Virus record (IMG/VR): IMGVR_UViG_2579779002_000006
Length of the DNA: 23,775 nt
Origin: a virus
Taxonomy: Duplodnaviria; Heunggongvirae; Uroviricota; Caudoviricetes
Strand: one strand, 5' to 3'
Within the stretch, counting starts at the first letter, position 1. Each line of letters begins with the position of its first letter. A program made the translations under genes and the position numbers. Of the stretch, positions 1 through 8,914 are shown piece after piece. The notes under the pieces are model-generated. The model saw only the letters and a program-made list of their open reading frames with translations. It was not told the origin of the DNA and searched no databases.

Positions 1-561
1 GGAACGCCGCCGTATCTGGCGTAAGCTGCATCTCGCCGTTGACAGTAAAACACATGAAATCATCTGTGCAGACCTGTCGCTGAACAACGTTACGGACTCA
101 GAGGCCTTCCCCGGGTTAATCCGGCAAACCCACCGGAAAATCAGGTCAGCCGCCGCCGATGGCGCTTACGATACCCGGCTATGTCACGATGAACTGCGGC
201 GTAAGAAAATCAGCGCGCTTATCCCTCCCCGAAAAGGTGCGGGCTATTGGCCCGGTGAATATGCAGACCGTAACCGTGCAGTGGCTAATCAGCGAATGAC
301 CGGGAGTAATGCGCGGTGGAAATGGACAACAGATTACAACCGTCGCTCGATAGCGGAAACGGCGATGTACCGGGTAAAACAGCTGTTCGGGGGTTCACTG
401 ACGCTGCGTGACTACGATGGTCAGGTTGCGGAGGCTATGGCCCTGGTACGAGCGCTGAACAAAATGACGAAAGCAGGTATGCCTGAAAGCGTGCGTATTG
501 CCTGAAAACACAACCCGCTACGGGGGAGACTTACCCGAAATCTGATTTATTCAACAAAGCC
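1..561 (+). mobile_element. IS903-group (IS5 family) insertion sequence, right-hand ~560 bp; the rest lies beyond the window start
   Basis: Positions 544-561 are the reverse complement of GGCTTTGTTGAATAAATC, which I recall as the IS903 terminal inverted repeat. An open frame runs from the window start to 505 ending ...LNKMTKAGMPESVRIA. The ydfI reading frame is broken exactly at the element end. Confidence 0.8.
2..505 (+). CDS. IS903-family DDE transposase, C-terminal ~168 aa (5' end outside window)
   Basis: Frame is open from position 2 with no upstream stop; the translation (ERRRIWRKLHLAVDSKTHEIICADLSLNNVTDSEAF...) contains the listed 74-aa ORF 281..505. Assignment to IS903 is from memory of the family. 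Confidence 0.8.
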   Translation, partial: ERRRIWRKLHLAVDSKTHEIICADLSLNNVTDSEAFPGLIRQTHRKIRSAAADGAYDTRLCHDELRRKKISALIPPRKGAGYWPGEYADRNRAVANQRMTGSNARWKWTTDYNRRSIAETAMYRVKQLFGGSLTLRDYDGQVAEAMALVRALNKMTKAGMPESVRIA

Positions 562-772
562 GTTGTAAATCGGCAATTTGCTGTTCGCCGCCGATTAAGT
601 TGACCTCATAATATCCCCAGTCACTGAAATGTTCCGTAGCAAGAATATCGGCATACACGCCCTGATGCGCACGGTGAAATGCACCAAAGCCTAAATGAAC
701 AATTCTTGGGGCCAGGTTATTACGATCATAAACAGGGAGTGTCGCTTTTGCTGATAACAAATTATTTCCCAT
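562..772 (-). pseudogene. ydfI: ydfI 5' fragment (mannitol-dehydrogenase-family oxidoreductase, N-terminal ~70 aa) truncated by the IS insertion
   Basis: ORF 551..772 starts [37 protein letters not shown], a mannitol-dehydrogenase-type N-terminal dinucleotide-binding segment, and ends ...ADLQ followed by RLC-stop read from the IS inverted repeat. Confidence 0.7.
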
Positions 773-860
773 AACAATTCCTTAAATATAAATATGGCAA
801 GCTATATGTTTTGTTATATGAATAAAAATCCCCTCTCCGGTAAGAGAAGGGATTAAGGGT

Positions 861-2144
861 TTACAGACTTCTGGAAGGTTGCGCAGCTCTTACAACACGC
901 GGTTGATCTTCCGCAGCGTCTTCCAGCGCACTTAAATCACGGTCTTTCACCTCTGGCATTTGCAGCGCAGAGATTAAACCAATCACTGAATATGCCATGA
1001 TCATAATGGCGATCGGATACCAGGATTCCGTCATGGTGCAGAAAATACCCGCCAGGATAGGACCAAAACCGGAAGCGATAAGACCACCAATTTCTTTAGA
1101 AATAGCCATCCGGGTAAAGCGGTTTTTACAGCCGAACATTTCTGCCATGGTAATGTTTTCCAGAGCAAATAATCCCAGCACCGCACAGTTATGAATCACA
1201 ATCAGTGCAACCATAATGGTGCTCGGGGCATAGCTTTTATCTACAATGATAGAAAGCATTGGCCATGCCAGCACAATCGCGGAGGTATTCATAATAATAT
1301 ACGGGATCCGGCGACCAATTTTATCGGATAACCAACCAAGGAACGGAATGGTCATAAAGCCGAGAATCGAACTGATCATCAATGCATCTGTTGGAATTGC
1401 TTTGTTAAACAATAACGTCTGCACTAAATAGCCTGCAAGGAAAGTCTGAATTAACCCGGAGTTACCCGCCTGACCAAAACGCAGCCCTGTTGCCAGCCAG
1501 AAGGATTTGCTCTGGAACATGCTACCAGCAGGTGCAGGTTTTGCTGTCGGTTGGTTACTGTCGTTAACCTTCTCAAAGACCGGGCTTTCTTTCAGATTCA
1601 TACGCAACCAGATAGCAAAGACCATCACGACAACGCTCGCCAGGAACGGTATACGCCATCCCCACGCCAGCAGTTCCTCTTTACTGAGAATGAAGAACAT
1701 AAAGGCCCAGATTGCCGTTGCGCTCAAGGTTCCGCAGTTAGTTCCCATAGCCACAAATGAGGAGATAATTCCGCGCTTACCTTTTGGCGCATATTCCGCC
1801 AGCATCGTACCGGCACCGGAAATTTCCGCACCTGCACCCAACCCCTGAATAATACGCAACGTCACCAGCAAGATGGGTGCAAAAACACCAATCTGTGCAT
1901 AGGTCGGTAACACACCAATTAAGGTGGTACAGATCCCCATCATGGTGATGGTAATAAAGAGCACTTTTTTACGCCCTATTCTGTCGCCCATTTTGCCGAA
2001 AATAAATGCTCCGACAATACGCGCCACATAACCTGCACCGTAGGTTCCCATTGCCAGAATTAACGCCATTGCCGTTGATGATTCAGGAAAAAATATTTCA
2101 TGAAACACTAACGCTGCGCCGAGCGAATATAACTGGAAATCCAT
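861..2144 (-). CDS. ydfJ: MFS family transporter (metabolite:H+ symporter type)
   Basis: 427-aa ORF with multiple hydrophobic spans and the MFS loop motif G-x-x-x-D-R-x-G-R-K (GKMGDRIGRKK). Length and N-terminus match my recollection of K-12 YdfJ, and ydfI lies next to it in the same orientation. Confidence 0.9.
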   Translation of the reverse strand: MDFQLYSLGAALVFHEIFFPESSTAMALILAMGTYGAGYVARIVGAFIFGKMGDRIGRKKVLFITITMMGICTTLIGVLPTYAQIGVFAPILLVTLRIIQGLGAGAEISGAGTMLAEYAPKGKRGIISSFVAMGTNCGTLSATAIWAFMFFILSKEELLAWGWRIPFLASVVVMVFAIWLRMNLKESPVFEKVNDSNQPTAKPAPAGSMFQSKSFWLATGLRFGQAGNSGLIQTFLAGYLVQTLLFNKAIPTDALMISSILGFMTIPFLGWLSDKIGRRIPYIIMNTSAIVLAWPMLSIIVDKSYAPSTIMVALIVIHNCAVLGLFALENITMAEMFGCKNRFTRMAISKEIGGLIASGFGPILAGIFCTMTESWYPIAIMIMAYSVIGLISALQMPEVKDRDLSALEDAAEDQPRVVRAAQPSRSL

Positions 2145-2746
2145 AATTCACAGGTGTTTTTTCCCATCCTGTGGTTTCCTTGGCGTTTTCTAGGTTTTTT
2201 CAGATAGTTGCATTTTTTAAAAAGCATCCTAAGTTCGATCTCAGTGTCTATCTGGGGCCTATTTCTGTCCCATATATGCCCCAAAAAAACTCCCCAACAG
2301 ATAAGTAGTTTTTTCATGGATTTATGCGTAAAATCAAGAACGGCTGGAAATCATTCAATACTCACACTATCGAAAAATTTACCAGCCAACCGCAGCACGT
2401 TCTTGCATAAGGCGTGTCTGCGGTTTTTCAACTATTCAGATACATCACTCCCATCACATTCATTCCTCCGCATCAAAGGCATATAGGCTATATCACCTTG
2501 ATATTTTTCTTTTTCAGATAAAAACTGTTATCTATGTATACTTTTAAACCCAATCCGTGTAGAGTCTCTGCATAAGATAGTTTGCAGTTGCCGCTTCAGC
2601 TTGCGCCATAACCGCCTGATTTTTGCTGCCACCTGTTAGCATTCCTGTATACCTGAAACGACAATGTTTATCTACGAACTTTAAGAACACCCAAGATAAA
2701 AATTGTCAACTATATCATATATAACACATTACTAATTCGAGGCTAT

Positions 2747-2860
2747 ATGAACAGCATACTGATAATCACTTCTCTCCTTATCATATTCAGCATTTTTAGT
2801 CATGCCCTAATAAAATTAGGGATTGGCATATCCAATAACCCAGACAAAACCGATGTATAA
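2747..2860 (+). CDS. Candidate small hydrophobic protein, 37 aa ([37 protein letters not shown])
   Basis: ATG preceded by GAGG about 5 nt upstream; about 25 hydrophobic residues then a polar tail. Below the cutoff of the supplied ORF track; translated by hand. No homology support. Confidence 0.2.
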
Positions 2861-2928
2861 GTCAACATATCCTGAATCAGACATACAATATCGCAATGAA
2901 AATCAATAATATTTTAAGGAATATCTTC

Positions 2929-3162
2929 ATGAAATCAAAAGACACCCTAAAGTGGTTCCCTGCGCAGCTTCCTGAAGTAAGAATTATCCTAGGGGATGCT
3001 GTAGTGGAAGTAGCAAAACAGGGAAGACCTATCAATACCAGAACATTGCTTGATTACATTGAAGGAAACATAAAGAAAAAATCATGGCTGGATAACAAAG
3101 AATTATTACAAACAGCGATATCAGTTCTTAAAGACAACCAAAATTTAAATGGTAAAATGTAA
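2929..3162 (+). CDS. ydfK: YdfK/YnaE-family prophage cold-shock-induced protein (77 aa)
   Basis: Internal Met of ORF 2896..3162 (MKSKDTLKWFPAQLPEVRIILGDAVVEVAKQGRP...) with AAGGA 8 nt upstream; the 2896 ATG has no Shine-Dalgarno. 77 aa matches my recollection of K-12 YdfK, which sits next to pinQ. Confidence 0.8.
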   Translation: MKSKDTLKWFPAQLPEVRIILGDAVVEVAKQGRPINTRTLLDYIEGNIKKKSWLDNKELLQTAISVLKDNQNLNGKM

Positions 3163-3478
3163 TATAATAAACTTACTTTTTTATCATTTTTCCACTTTAA
3201 CAACATTTTGCTCCACTTTTCCACGACCAAACAACTTAAAATCTGGTTAAAATAACACGAAACACTATTCTTCTTCCTTGAGTCCGCCCGGAACTCGAAA
3301 AACAAACCGAGTTAAAGCCATTTTTCACAAAATCGATTTTGGGTCTCACCAAGATTACGGGGTTGCATACGCATTCGTTTATTTTCGAACGTGTACATAC
3401 AAATATGCACAAAAATAATCAAAATTATTTTCTGCGATGCATTATGATATGAACACCAATTTCGTATAGAGTCTCACT

Positions 3479-4069
3479 ATGTCTCGAATTTTTGCTTACT
3501 GTCGGATATCAACGCTGGATCAGACCACCGAAAATCAACGCCGGGAAATCGAAAGTGCAGGTTTTAAAATCAAACCTCAGCAAATAATCGAAGAACACAT
3601 TAGCGGCTCAGCAGCAACCAGTGAGCGTCCTAGTTTTAACCGGTTGCTTGCTCGCCTGAAATGTGGTGATCAATTGATTGTGACAAAACTGGATCGCCTT
3701 GGTTGTAATGCAATGGATATCAGGAAAACAGTGGAACAACTGACCGAAACAGGTATCAGAGTGCATTGCTTAGCATTGGGGGGCATTGACTTGACCAGTC
3801 CAACAGGAAAAATGATGATGCAAGTAATTTCAGCAGTTGCTGAATTTGAACGAGACCTTTTACTTGAACGCACTCATTCCGGGATAGTAAGAGCCCGCGG
3901 CGCAGGGAAACGTTTTGGTCGACCACCTGTGTTAAATGAAGAACAGAAACAGGTGGTATTCGAACGAATTAAGTCAGGTGTAAGTATAAGTGCCATTGCC
4001 CGGGAATTCAAAACCTCGCGGCAAACCATTTTAAGAGCCAAAGCAAAACTTCAGACACCTGACATATAA
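3479..4069 (+). CDS. pinQ: Serine recombinase, DNA invertase Pin (Gin/Hin/Cin family)
   Basis: 196 aa; N-terminal catalytic motif YCRISTLDQ (serine nucleophile), C-terminal helix-turn-helix; same length and sequence as I recall for K-12 PinQ; adjacent to tfa/stf as in Qin, Rac and e14. Confidence 0.92.
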   Translation: MSRIFAYCRISTLDQTTENQRREIESAGFKIKPQQIIEEHISGSAATSERPSFNRLLARLKCGDQLIVTKLDRLGCNAMDIRKTVEQLTETGIRVHCLALGGIDLTSPTGKMMMQVISAVAEFERDLLLERTHSGIVRARGAGKRFGRPPVLNEEQKQVVFERIKSGVSISAIAREFKTSRQTILRAKAKLQTPDI

Positions 4070-4166
4070 AAAATAATCTCGGTGTGAGATGCTTTACGTC
4101 TTCCAAGCCCCCTTCCTTGCCGTAAATGGAAAGATACATCTAATTAAAGAATTTATATGTTTTACC

Positions 4167-4742
4167 CTACGGCAGTGCTGGCCATTCAATATCCTGTGCA
4201 GTTGACGTATCAACACGGTTCAGCAATACCCGATACTTTTTCCATGCTTCCAGCAACGAGATTTCTTCCTCCGTTGCAATTTCCAGATCTGCAGCATCCT
4301 GAAGCGGAGCAATATGCTCACTGGCTACCTGCATCAGGTTGTTTTTTGTTTCTTCCGCCTCCCGGATCCGGAACAGTTTTTCTGCTTCCGTATCCTTCAC
4401 CCAGGCTGTGCCGTTCCACTTCTGAAACTCCCCTTCCGGCGATAACCAGGTAACATTTTTCGGTAACGGACCGAGTTCAGAAATAAATAACGCGTCGCCG
4501 GAAGCCACGTCATAAACCGTTTTACCCCGATGATCTTCAACGAGATGCCACGATGACTCATCACTGTTGAAAACAGCCACGAAGCCAGCCGGAATATCTG
4601 GCGGTGCAATATCGGTACTGTTTGCTGGCAGACCTGTATGAGGCGGAATATATGCATCACCTTCACCAATAAATTCATTAGTTCCGGCCAGCAGATTATA
4701 AATTGTTATGGTCCGTGGTTGTTCACTCATTCTGAATGCCAT
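4167..4742 (-). CDS. tfaQ: Tail fibre assembly protein Tfa
   Basis: 191 aa, [44 protein letters not shown]... closely matches lambda Tfa as I recall it; start overlaps the stf stop (ATGA). Confidence 0.9.
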   Translation of the reverse strand: MAFRMSEQPRTITIYNLLAGTNEFIGEGDAYIPPHTGLPANSTDIAPPDIPAGFVAVFNSDESSWHLVEDHRGKTVYDVASGDALFISELGPLPKNVTWLSPEGEFQKWNGTAWVKDTEAEKLFRIREAEETKNNLMQVASEHIAPLQDAADLEIATEEEISLLEAWKKYRVLLNRVDTSTAQDIEWPALP

Positions 4743-7700
4743 TATGCAAGCCTCACAATATAGTTAAATGCGATGTTTTTGACGGTGTTTTCCGCGTTAC
4801 CAGCAGCGTTAACGGTGATGGTGTGTCCATGTGAGCCAATCGCAACGGAGTGCGTATGAGCACCAATACCGACAGTATGTGCGTGTGCACCTGCGCTTGC
4901 AGCAGTACCCGATACAGAGTGCGTATGAGCGCCTGCAGAAGAAGTGTTAACACTGTATTTAGAATAATCAGGTGATCCACTTCCCGGAGCACCACTGGAA
5001 CCACCTGAAACAAATGTCATCGAATGGGTATGTGCACCGGCTGAAGCAGCCGTACCGCTAACACTATGGGTATGTGCACCAGTGTTATTCGTGGATTTAG
5101 TGCCGTAATCAAACGATGATGTGGTTTTCGTCCCCAAATCCGTACTGGATGCGCTGGCGCTGTGGGTGTGCGATTTAATGCCGTCCTGTTCCTGAGACAA
5201 TACGGCACGACCACTGGCGGGCTTGCCCTTAATCGTCCAGCCACGCATATCAGGAATAACGCCTGACGGATAAGCCACTGCAAGTTTCGGGTATGCAGAT
5301 TTGTCAAAAGTCTGCCCCTGCATCAGGGCATAGCCAGACGGAACGGTATCTGATGGCCACGGGATTGGTGCGCCGACTGGGTAGCTTTCTGGTGGAAGAT
5401 TTTTCGAGGTATAAACTTCTGCCCAGTCATCCTCAAAACCATAACCGTCTCTTGAAGAACGGTAGAACAGACCACCATTTCTGTAATGCGCCTTCATCTG
5501 CAATGTCCGGCAACTTCCGACTCCGGTATAGAAGTTAACCAGAATATAGCTGTCGCCAGAGCGGGTGACATTGTAAGCGCCTGATTCGGCATTCCAGGGA
5601 ACGGCTCCATCCGAATCCGCATAAGCCCCCGTCGAACGTCGGGCAAATGCACCAATATTTTCCGGCGTGAGGTTAATATCCGCCGAGCCATCAAACTTAA
5701 CACCGTTAATTTTTGGGTCTGCCGCAAGTTTCGTCGCGGTATCGGCGTTCCCCTTCAGTGCCCCGGTGATCCCATCAGTAACAGACAACGGACCTGAAAT
5801 AGTCCCTCCAGTTGTTGACAGCGCTCCAATATCTGATGGTGTAGGTTTCTGATGTGAGCTATACATCGTATAAACAACACCATCGGTAACGCTGGAAGGC
5901 TTACTCGCTGAATATGTTAGCGAGGTATAAATAGAAACTGACGCATTTGTAGTACAATCCCAATGGATATTTACACTCGTCGCATAATTGCCAATCTCAA
6001 CGTAAATATCATATATATCGCCGGATGTGTTGATCCAGGCGAAATTCGTTAATCCGACGGCTGTACGCTTCCACAAAGCTCCGGTAATCCCTTTGGGGTT
6101 TCCATTGCCTGCTCGTAGAACCAGTTCAGATATACCTGCCTGTTGAGGTGCCCCCACGTTAAATCCAGCGCCACCAATCAATGCGATGTAAACGATGGAA
6201 CTCGCTTGTGGCATGGTAACCGTTGCCAGTTTGAACCACCCTGCCCCGCCAGAGAAAGAGATCGTTACTGAATTTAAAGTGCCAATATCTTTCGGTGTTA
6301 ATGTTATATCCGCAGTCAGTGCTTTCCCGTTAACTTTTCGGTTAGATGGTACCCTGCCATTCGCATTGTCATTCGCTGCTTTAACTGCCTTCGGTGTCGC
6401 GGCAAGCGTTTCAGATGTGCTGTTGGTTGCACTGCTGAGCTGTACTATCCCCTTTTTCGTCGTGCTCGCATCCTCAAGCGCCACGGCGGATGCAATATCC
6501 TCTGCCCGTTTTGCCGCTGTCTCGGCGCGCGTTGCCGCGGATTCCGCCGTACTTTTGCTCTGAGCTGCCGCCGTCGCACTGCCAGCTGCCTCTGTCGCCT
6601 TCGTGGATGCCGTCGTGGCGCTGCCCTTTGCTGCTGACGCCTGTCTGGTCGCCTCATCTTTTGAAGCAGACGCAGATGATGCCGATGACGCCGCTGAACT
6701 GGCTGACGATGCGGCTGCCGCCTTAGAGGAAGCAGCATTGTCTGCTGAAGTCTTTGCATTTGTTTCAGAGGTTTTTGCTGCAGAAGCAGACCTCGCTGCT
6801 GCAGTGGCTTGCTCAGTGGCTTTGCCAGCCTTCGTTGTGGCTGTTGAAGCGGATGATGCGGCGCTTTCTGCCGATTTTCCGGCGGCGGTGGCACTGGCTG
6901 AGGCCTGCCCGGCACTTGTTGACGCGGCACTGGCAGATAATGCAGCCGCTGTTTTTGAACCTGCCGCAGTTGAGGCGCTCTGTCCCGCTGCTGTTTCAGA
7001 AGACTTAGCGTTCGTCTCGGACGTTTTTGCCGCCTTCGCGGAATTTCCTGCCGCCGTTGCCGAGGAAGCTGCACTACTGGCACTTGATGATGCATTCGTT
7101 TCTGAAGATTTCGCTGCCTCTTTTGAGGCCGCCGCACCCCGTGCCGAGGTGGCAGCTTCTGACGCCTTCGTGGTCGCTGTGGATGCAGAAGTGGCTGCCG
7201 ATTTTTGTGATGCTGCGGCATTCGTTTCTGACGTTTTCGCGGCACTGGCGCTGGTAGCTGCCGCGCTTTTTGATGACTCTGCAGCAGCAGCACTTTTTGA
7301 TGCCTCAGAGGCTTTTGCTGATGCCGTTCCTGCGCTGGAAAAAGCCTCCTGAGCCGACGTCGCAGCCTGTCCGGCTGACGTGCTGGCTGCACGTGCTGAG
7401 CCTGCAGCATCAGTCGCATGGGTTGCCGCCTCACGGGCTGATGTGCTGGCATCGCCGGCTGACTTCTTCGCGGCTGCCGTGTTCTGTGCCACTGCGGACG
7501 CGTTACGCGCCACCTCTTCCACCATCTGCTCAAAGCGGCGCAGTGCCTCCGGTCGGACATCATCCTCCGTCATGGCACCGAGAAAATCATTCAGCGTACC
7601 TGGTCTGGAACCTTCATAGACGGTAATGGTCCCGGCATGTGAAGGCGGAAAACCTTCAACCAGCAGGGTGACGCTGTACTGACCATGCTCAACATCCATG

Positions 7701-7849
7701 CTGTAACGTCCGGCTTCATCCGGATTTTCAGAGGCCACCGTGTTCACCACCACCGTGCTGCTGGTTCGTCTGGCCTTCAGCACAATGGTGCAGTTCTGTA
7801 CTGGTTTTCCTGTGCCATCTTTAAGCACGCCAGAAATTTTTACTGTCAT
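4742..7849 (-). CDS. stf: Side tail fibre protein Stf (1035 aa)
   Basis: N-terminus [27 protein letters not shown]... and C-terminus ...[29 protein letters not shown] match lambda Stf; long Ala/Ser/Thr-rich low-complexity stretch; a central ~330 aa not recognisable to me as lambda. Confidence 0.9.
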   Translation of the reverse strand: MTVKISGVLKDGTGKPVQNCTIVLKARRTSSTVVVNTVASENPDEAGRYSMDVEHGQYSVTLLVEGFPPSHAGTITVYEGSRPGTLNDFLGAMTEDDVRPEALRRFEQMVEEVARNASAVAQNTAAAKKSAGDASTSAREAATHATDAAGSARAASTSAGQAATSAQEAFSSAGTASAKASEASKSAAAAESSKSAAATSASAAKTSETNAAASQKSAATSASTATTKASEAATSARGAAASKEAAKSSETNASSSASSAASSATAAGNSAKAAKTSETNAKSSETAAGQSASTAAGSKTAAALSASAASTSAGQASASATAAGKSAESAASSASTATTKAGKATEQATAAARSASAAKTSETNAKTSADNAASSKAAAASSASSAASSASSASASKDEATRQASAAKGSATTASTKATEAAGSATAAAQSKSTAESAATRAETAAKRAEDIASAVALEDASTTKKGIVQLSSATNSTSETLAATPKAVKAANDNANGRVPSNRKVNGKALTADITLTPKDIGTLNSVTISFSGGAGWFKLATVTMPQASSIVYIALIGGAGFNVGAPQQAGISELVLRAGNGNPKGITGALWKRTAVGLTNFAWINTSGDIYDIYVEIGNYATSVNIHWDCTTNASVSIYTSLTYSASKPSSVTDGVVYTMYSSHQKPTPSDIGALSTTGGTISGPLSVTDGITGALKGNADTATKLAADPKINGVKFDGSADINLTPENIGAFARRSTGAYADSDGAVPWNAESGAYNVTRSGDSYILVNFYTGVGSCRTLQMKAHYRNGGLFYRSSRDGYGFEDDWAEVYTSKNLPPESYPVGAPIPWPSDTVPSGYALMQGQTFDKSAYPKLAVAYPSGVIPDMRGWTIKGKPASGRAVLSQEQDGIKSHTHSASASSTDLGTKTTSSFDYGTKSTNNTGAHTHSVSGTAASAGAHTHSMTFVSGGSSGAPGSGSPDYSKYSVNTSSAGAHTHSVSGTAASAGAHAHTVGIGAHTHSVAIGSHGHTITVNAAGNAENTVKNIAFNYIVRLA

Positions 7850-7862
7850 ACTTTTCCACCAA

Positions 7863-7893
7863 TAAAAAAAGCCCGCAGCAGTGACGCCACGGG
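7863..7893 (-). terminator. Hairpin plus T-run (intrinsic-terminator-like) downstream of lom, immediately upstream of the stf RBS
   Basis: On the - strand: GCCCGTGGCGTCACTGCTGCGGGC followed by TTTTTTTATT. Confidence 0.45.
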
Positions 7894-8000
7894 CTTCAGG
7901 ACAGTGTAACTTTACGTTTCCTCAAACGCAGTTCACCCCATAAGGTGGATGAACCTGCGTATCATAACAATATTTACAGAAGATAAATCGGCGTCTGTTG

Positions 8001-8600
8001 TCAGAAACGGTATCCGATACCAACAATAAATGCATCCGTTCGCCAGTCGCCACTACCGGAACCTTCATAAGCAAGGTCAATGGTCACGGATTCGGTCGGG
8101 TTAAACTGCACGCCAGCCCCCCACGCCAGAGACGTGTTGCTGTGGCGACCGTCATCACTTCCGGTCAGCACATCGTGCGTTTTCCCCTTGTTGTCAGTTA
8201 CGCGGAGATAATCCCCGGAGAAAGTCGACACACGGCTGTAAGCCACACCCGCCATCGCATACGCGCTGAACCATTCATTCACGCGTACAGACGGCCCCGC
8301 CATCACGCTGAACCAGCGGTTACGCACGGAATCTTCATGCCAGCGGGTATCGCTGTAGCGCGTTTTTTGCTCATCCTCAGCATTGGCATAACTGAAGGAC
8401 GTAATCAGCCCCAGCGCGTCCGTAAACTCATAACGGTATTTCACGTTAATCCCGTTCAGATCATCACTACCGGGAACGTTCGTCGAGGCATGGAGATACC
8501 CCGCGCTCAGCGTGGACTGATGTTCTGCTGCACTCGCTGGCGTAGCAGCGGCGACCTGCCAGACTACTGCGGACAAAATAACAGCACATAATTTACGCAT
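8001..8600 (-). CDS. lom: Lom outer membrane protein (Ail/Lom family beta-barrel)
   Basis: 199 aa, N-terminal signal peptide, C-terminal ...IVGIGYRF; near-identical to lambda Lom over most of its length (EHQSTLSAGYLHA...NGINVKYRYEFTD...). Confidence 0.9.
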   Translation of the reverse strand: MRKLCAVILSAVVWQVAAATPASAAEHQSTLSAGYLHASTNVPGSDDLNGINVKYRYEFTDALGLITSFSYANAEDEQKTRYSDTRWHEDSVRNRWFSVMAGPSVRVNEWFSAYAMAGVAYSRVSTFSGDYLRVTDNKGKTHDVLTGSDDGRHSNTSLAWGAGVQFNPTESVTIDLAYEGSGSGDWRTDAFIVGIGYRF

Positions 8601-8623
8601 AATTACCTCTCGCTTTTCTGCAA

Positions 8624-8648
8624 TAAAAAAGGCGCCATTTCTGGCGCC
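8624..8648 (-). terminator. Intrinsic-terminator-like hairpin between J and lom
   Basis: On the - strand: GGCGCCAGAAATGGCGCC followed by TTTTTT, 25 nt upstream of the lom ATG. Confidence 0.5.
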
Positions 8649-8667
8649 CGTATCTGGGTTATAAAAT

Positions 8668-8914
8668 TCAGCTAATCGTGATGCCTGCAGTGGCTTTCTT
8701 CATCACCACAACCAGCAAATCGCTGATACTTGCTGTGGGATACCAGTTATTTACCAGCCATGCTGACACCGAAAACTCCAGTGTCATGTGACCGTGACCG
8801 GCAGGCATATCAATAACACCACTGTAAATCAGCGTATTATCCAGCGCGGTACGGTTATAAATTTCAGCACCGTTTTTCCGCACTATCAGACGGCATGAGG
8901 AGAAAAATATCAGT
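8668..8914 (-). pseudogene. J: J C-terminal segment in a different frame (receptor-binding end), separated from the main J frame by an apparent 1-nt indel
   Basis: Part of ORF 8668..9165: ...[12 protein letters not shown]...SGVIDMPAGHGHMTLEF...VVVMKKATAGITIS aligns with the lambda J C-terminus (LKVLMNGAVIYDG...RIVDMPAGRGNVILTF...VQVMVIKKQALGISVV). Confidence 0.6.

Noticed and set aside
2108-2486. ORFs 2108..2317 (-) and 2208..2486 (+) in the ydfJ upstream region
   Set aside because: AT-rich promoter region, low-complexity translations, no RBS; the first overlaps the ydfJ start.
2896-2928. Upstream ATG giving an 88-aa YdfK
   Set aside because: No Shine-Dalgarno before 2896, whereas AAGGA precedes 2929, and the 77-aa product matches the expected length.
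3293-3319. AAACCGAGT motif resembling the core of a Gin/Hin-type crossover site upstream of pin
   Set aside because: Only one half-site-like match, the flank is not palindromic, and a 9-mer match can occur by chance.
6445-7563. 372-aa Arg/Gln/Pro-rich ORF on the - strand, and the overlapping + strand Ala-rich ORF 6603..7352
   Set aside because: Both lie inside the Ala/Ser/Thr low-complexity part of stf; the biased codon composition keeps the alternative frames open. No RBS or plausible protein features.
7998-8591. 197-aa + strand ORF antisense to lom
   Set aside because: lom on the - strand has a signal peptide, a beta-barrel C-terminus and lambda homology; the antisense frame has none of these.
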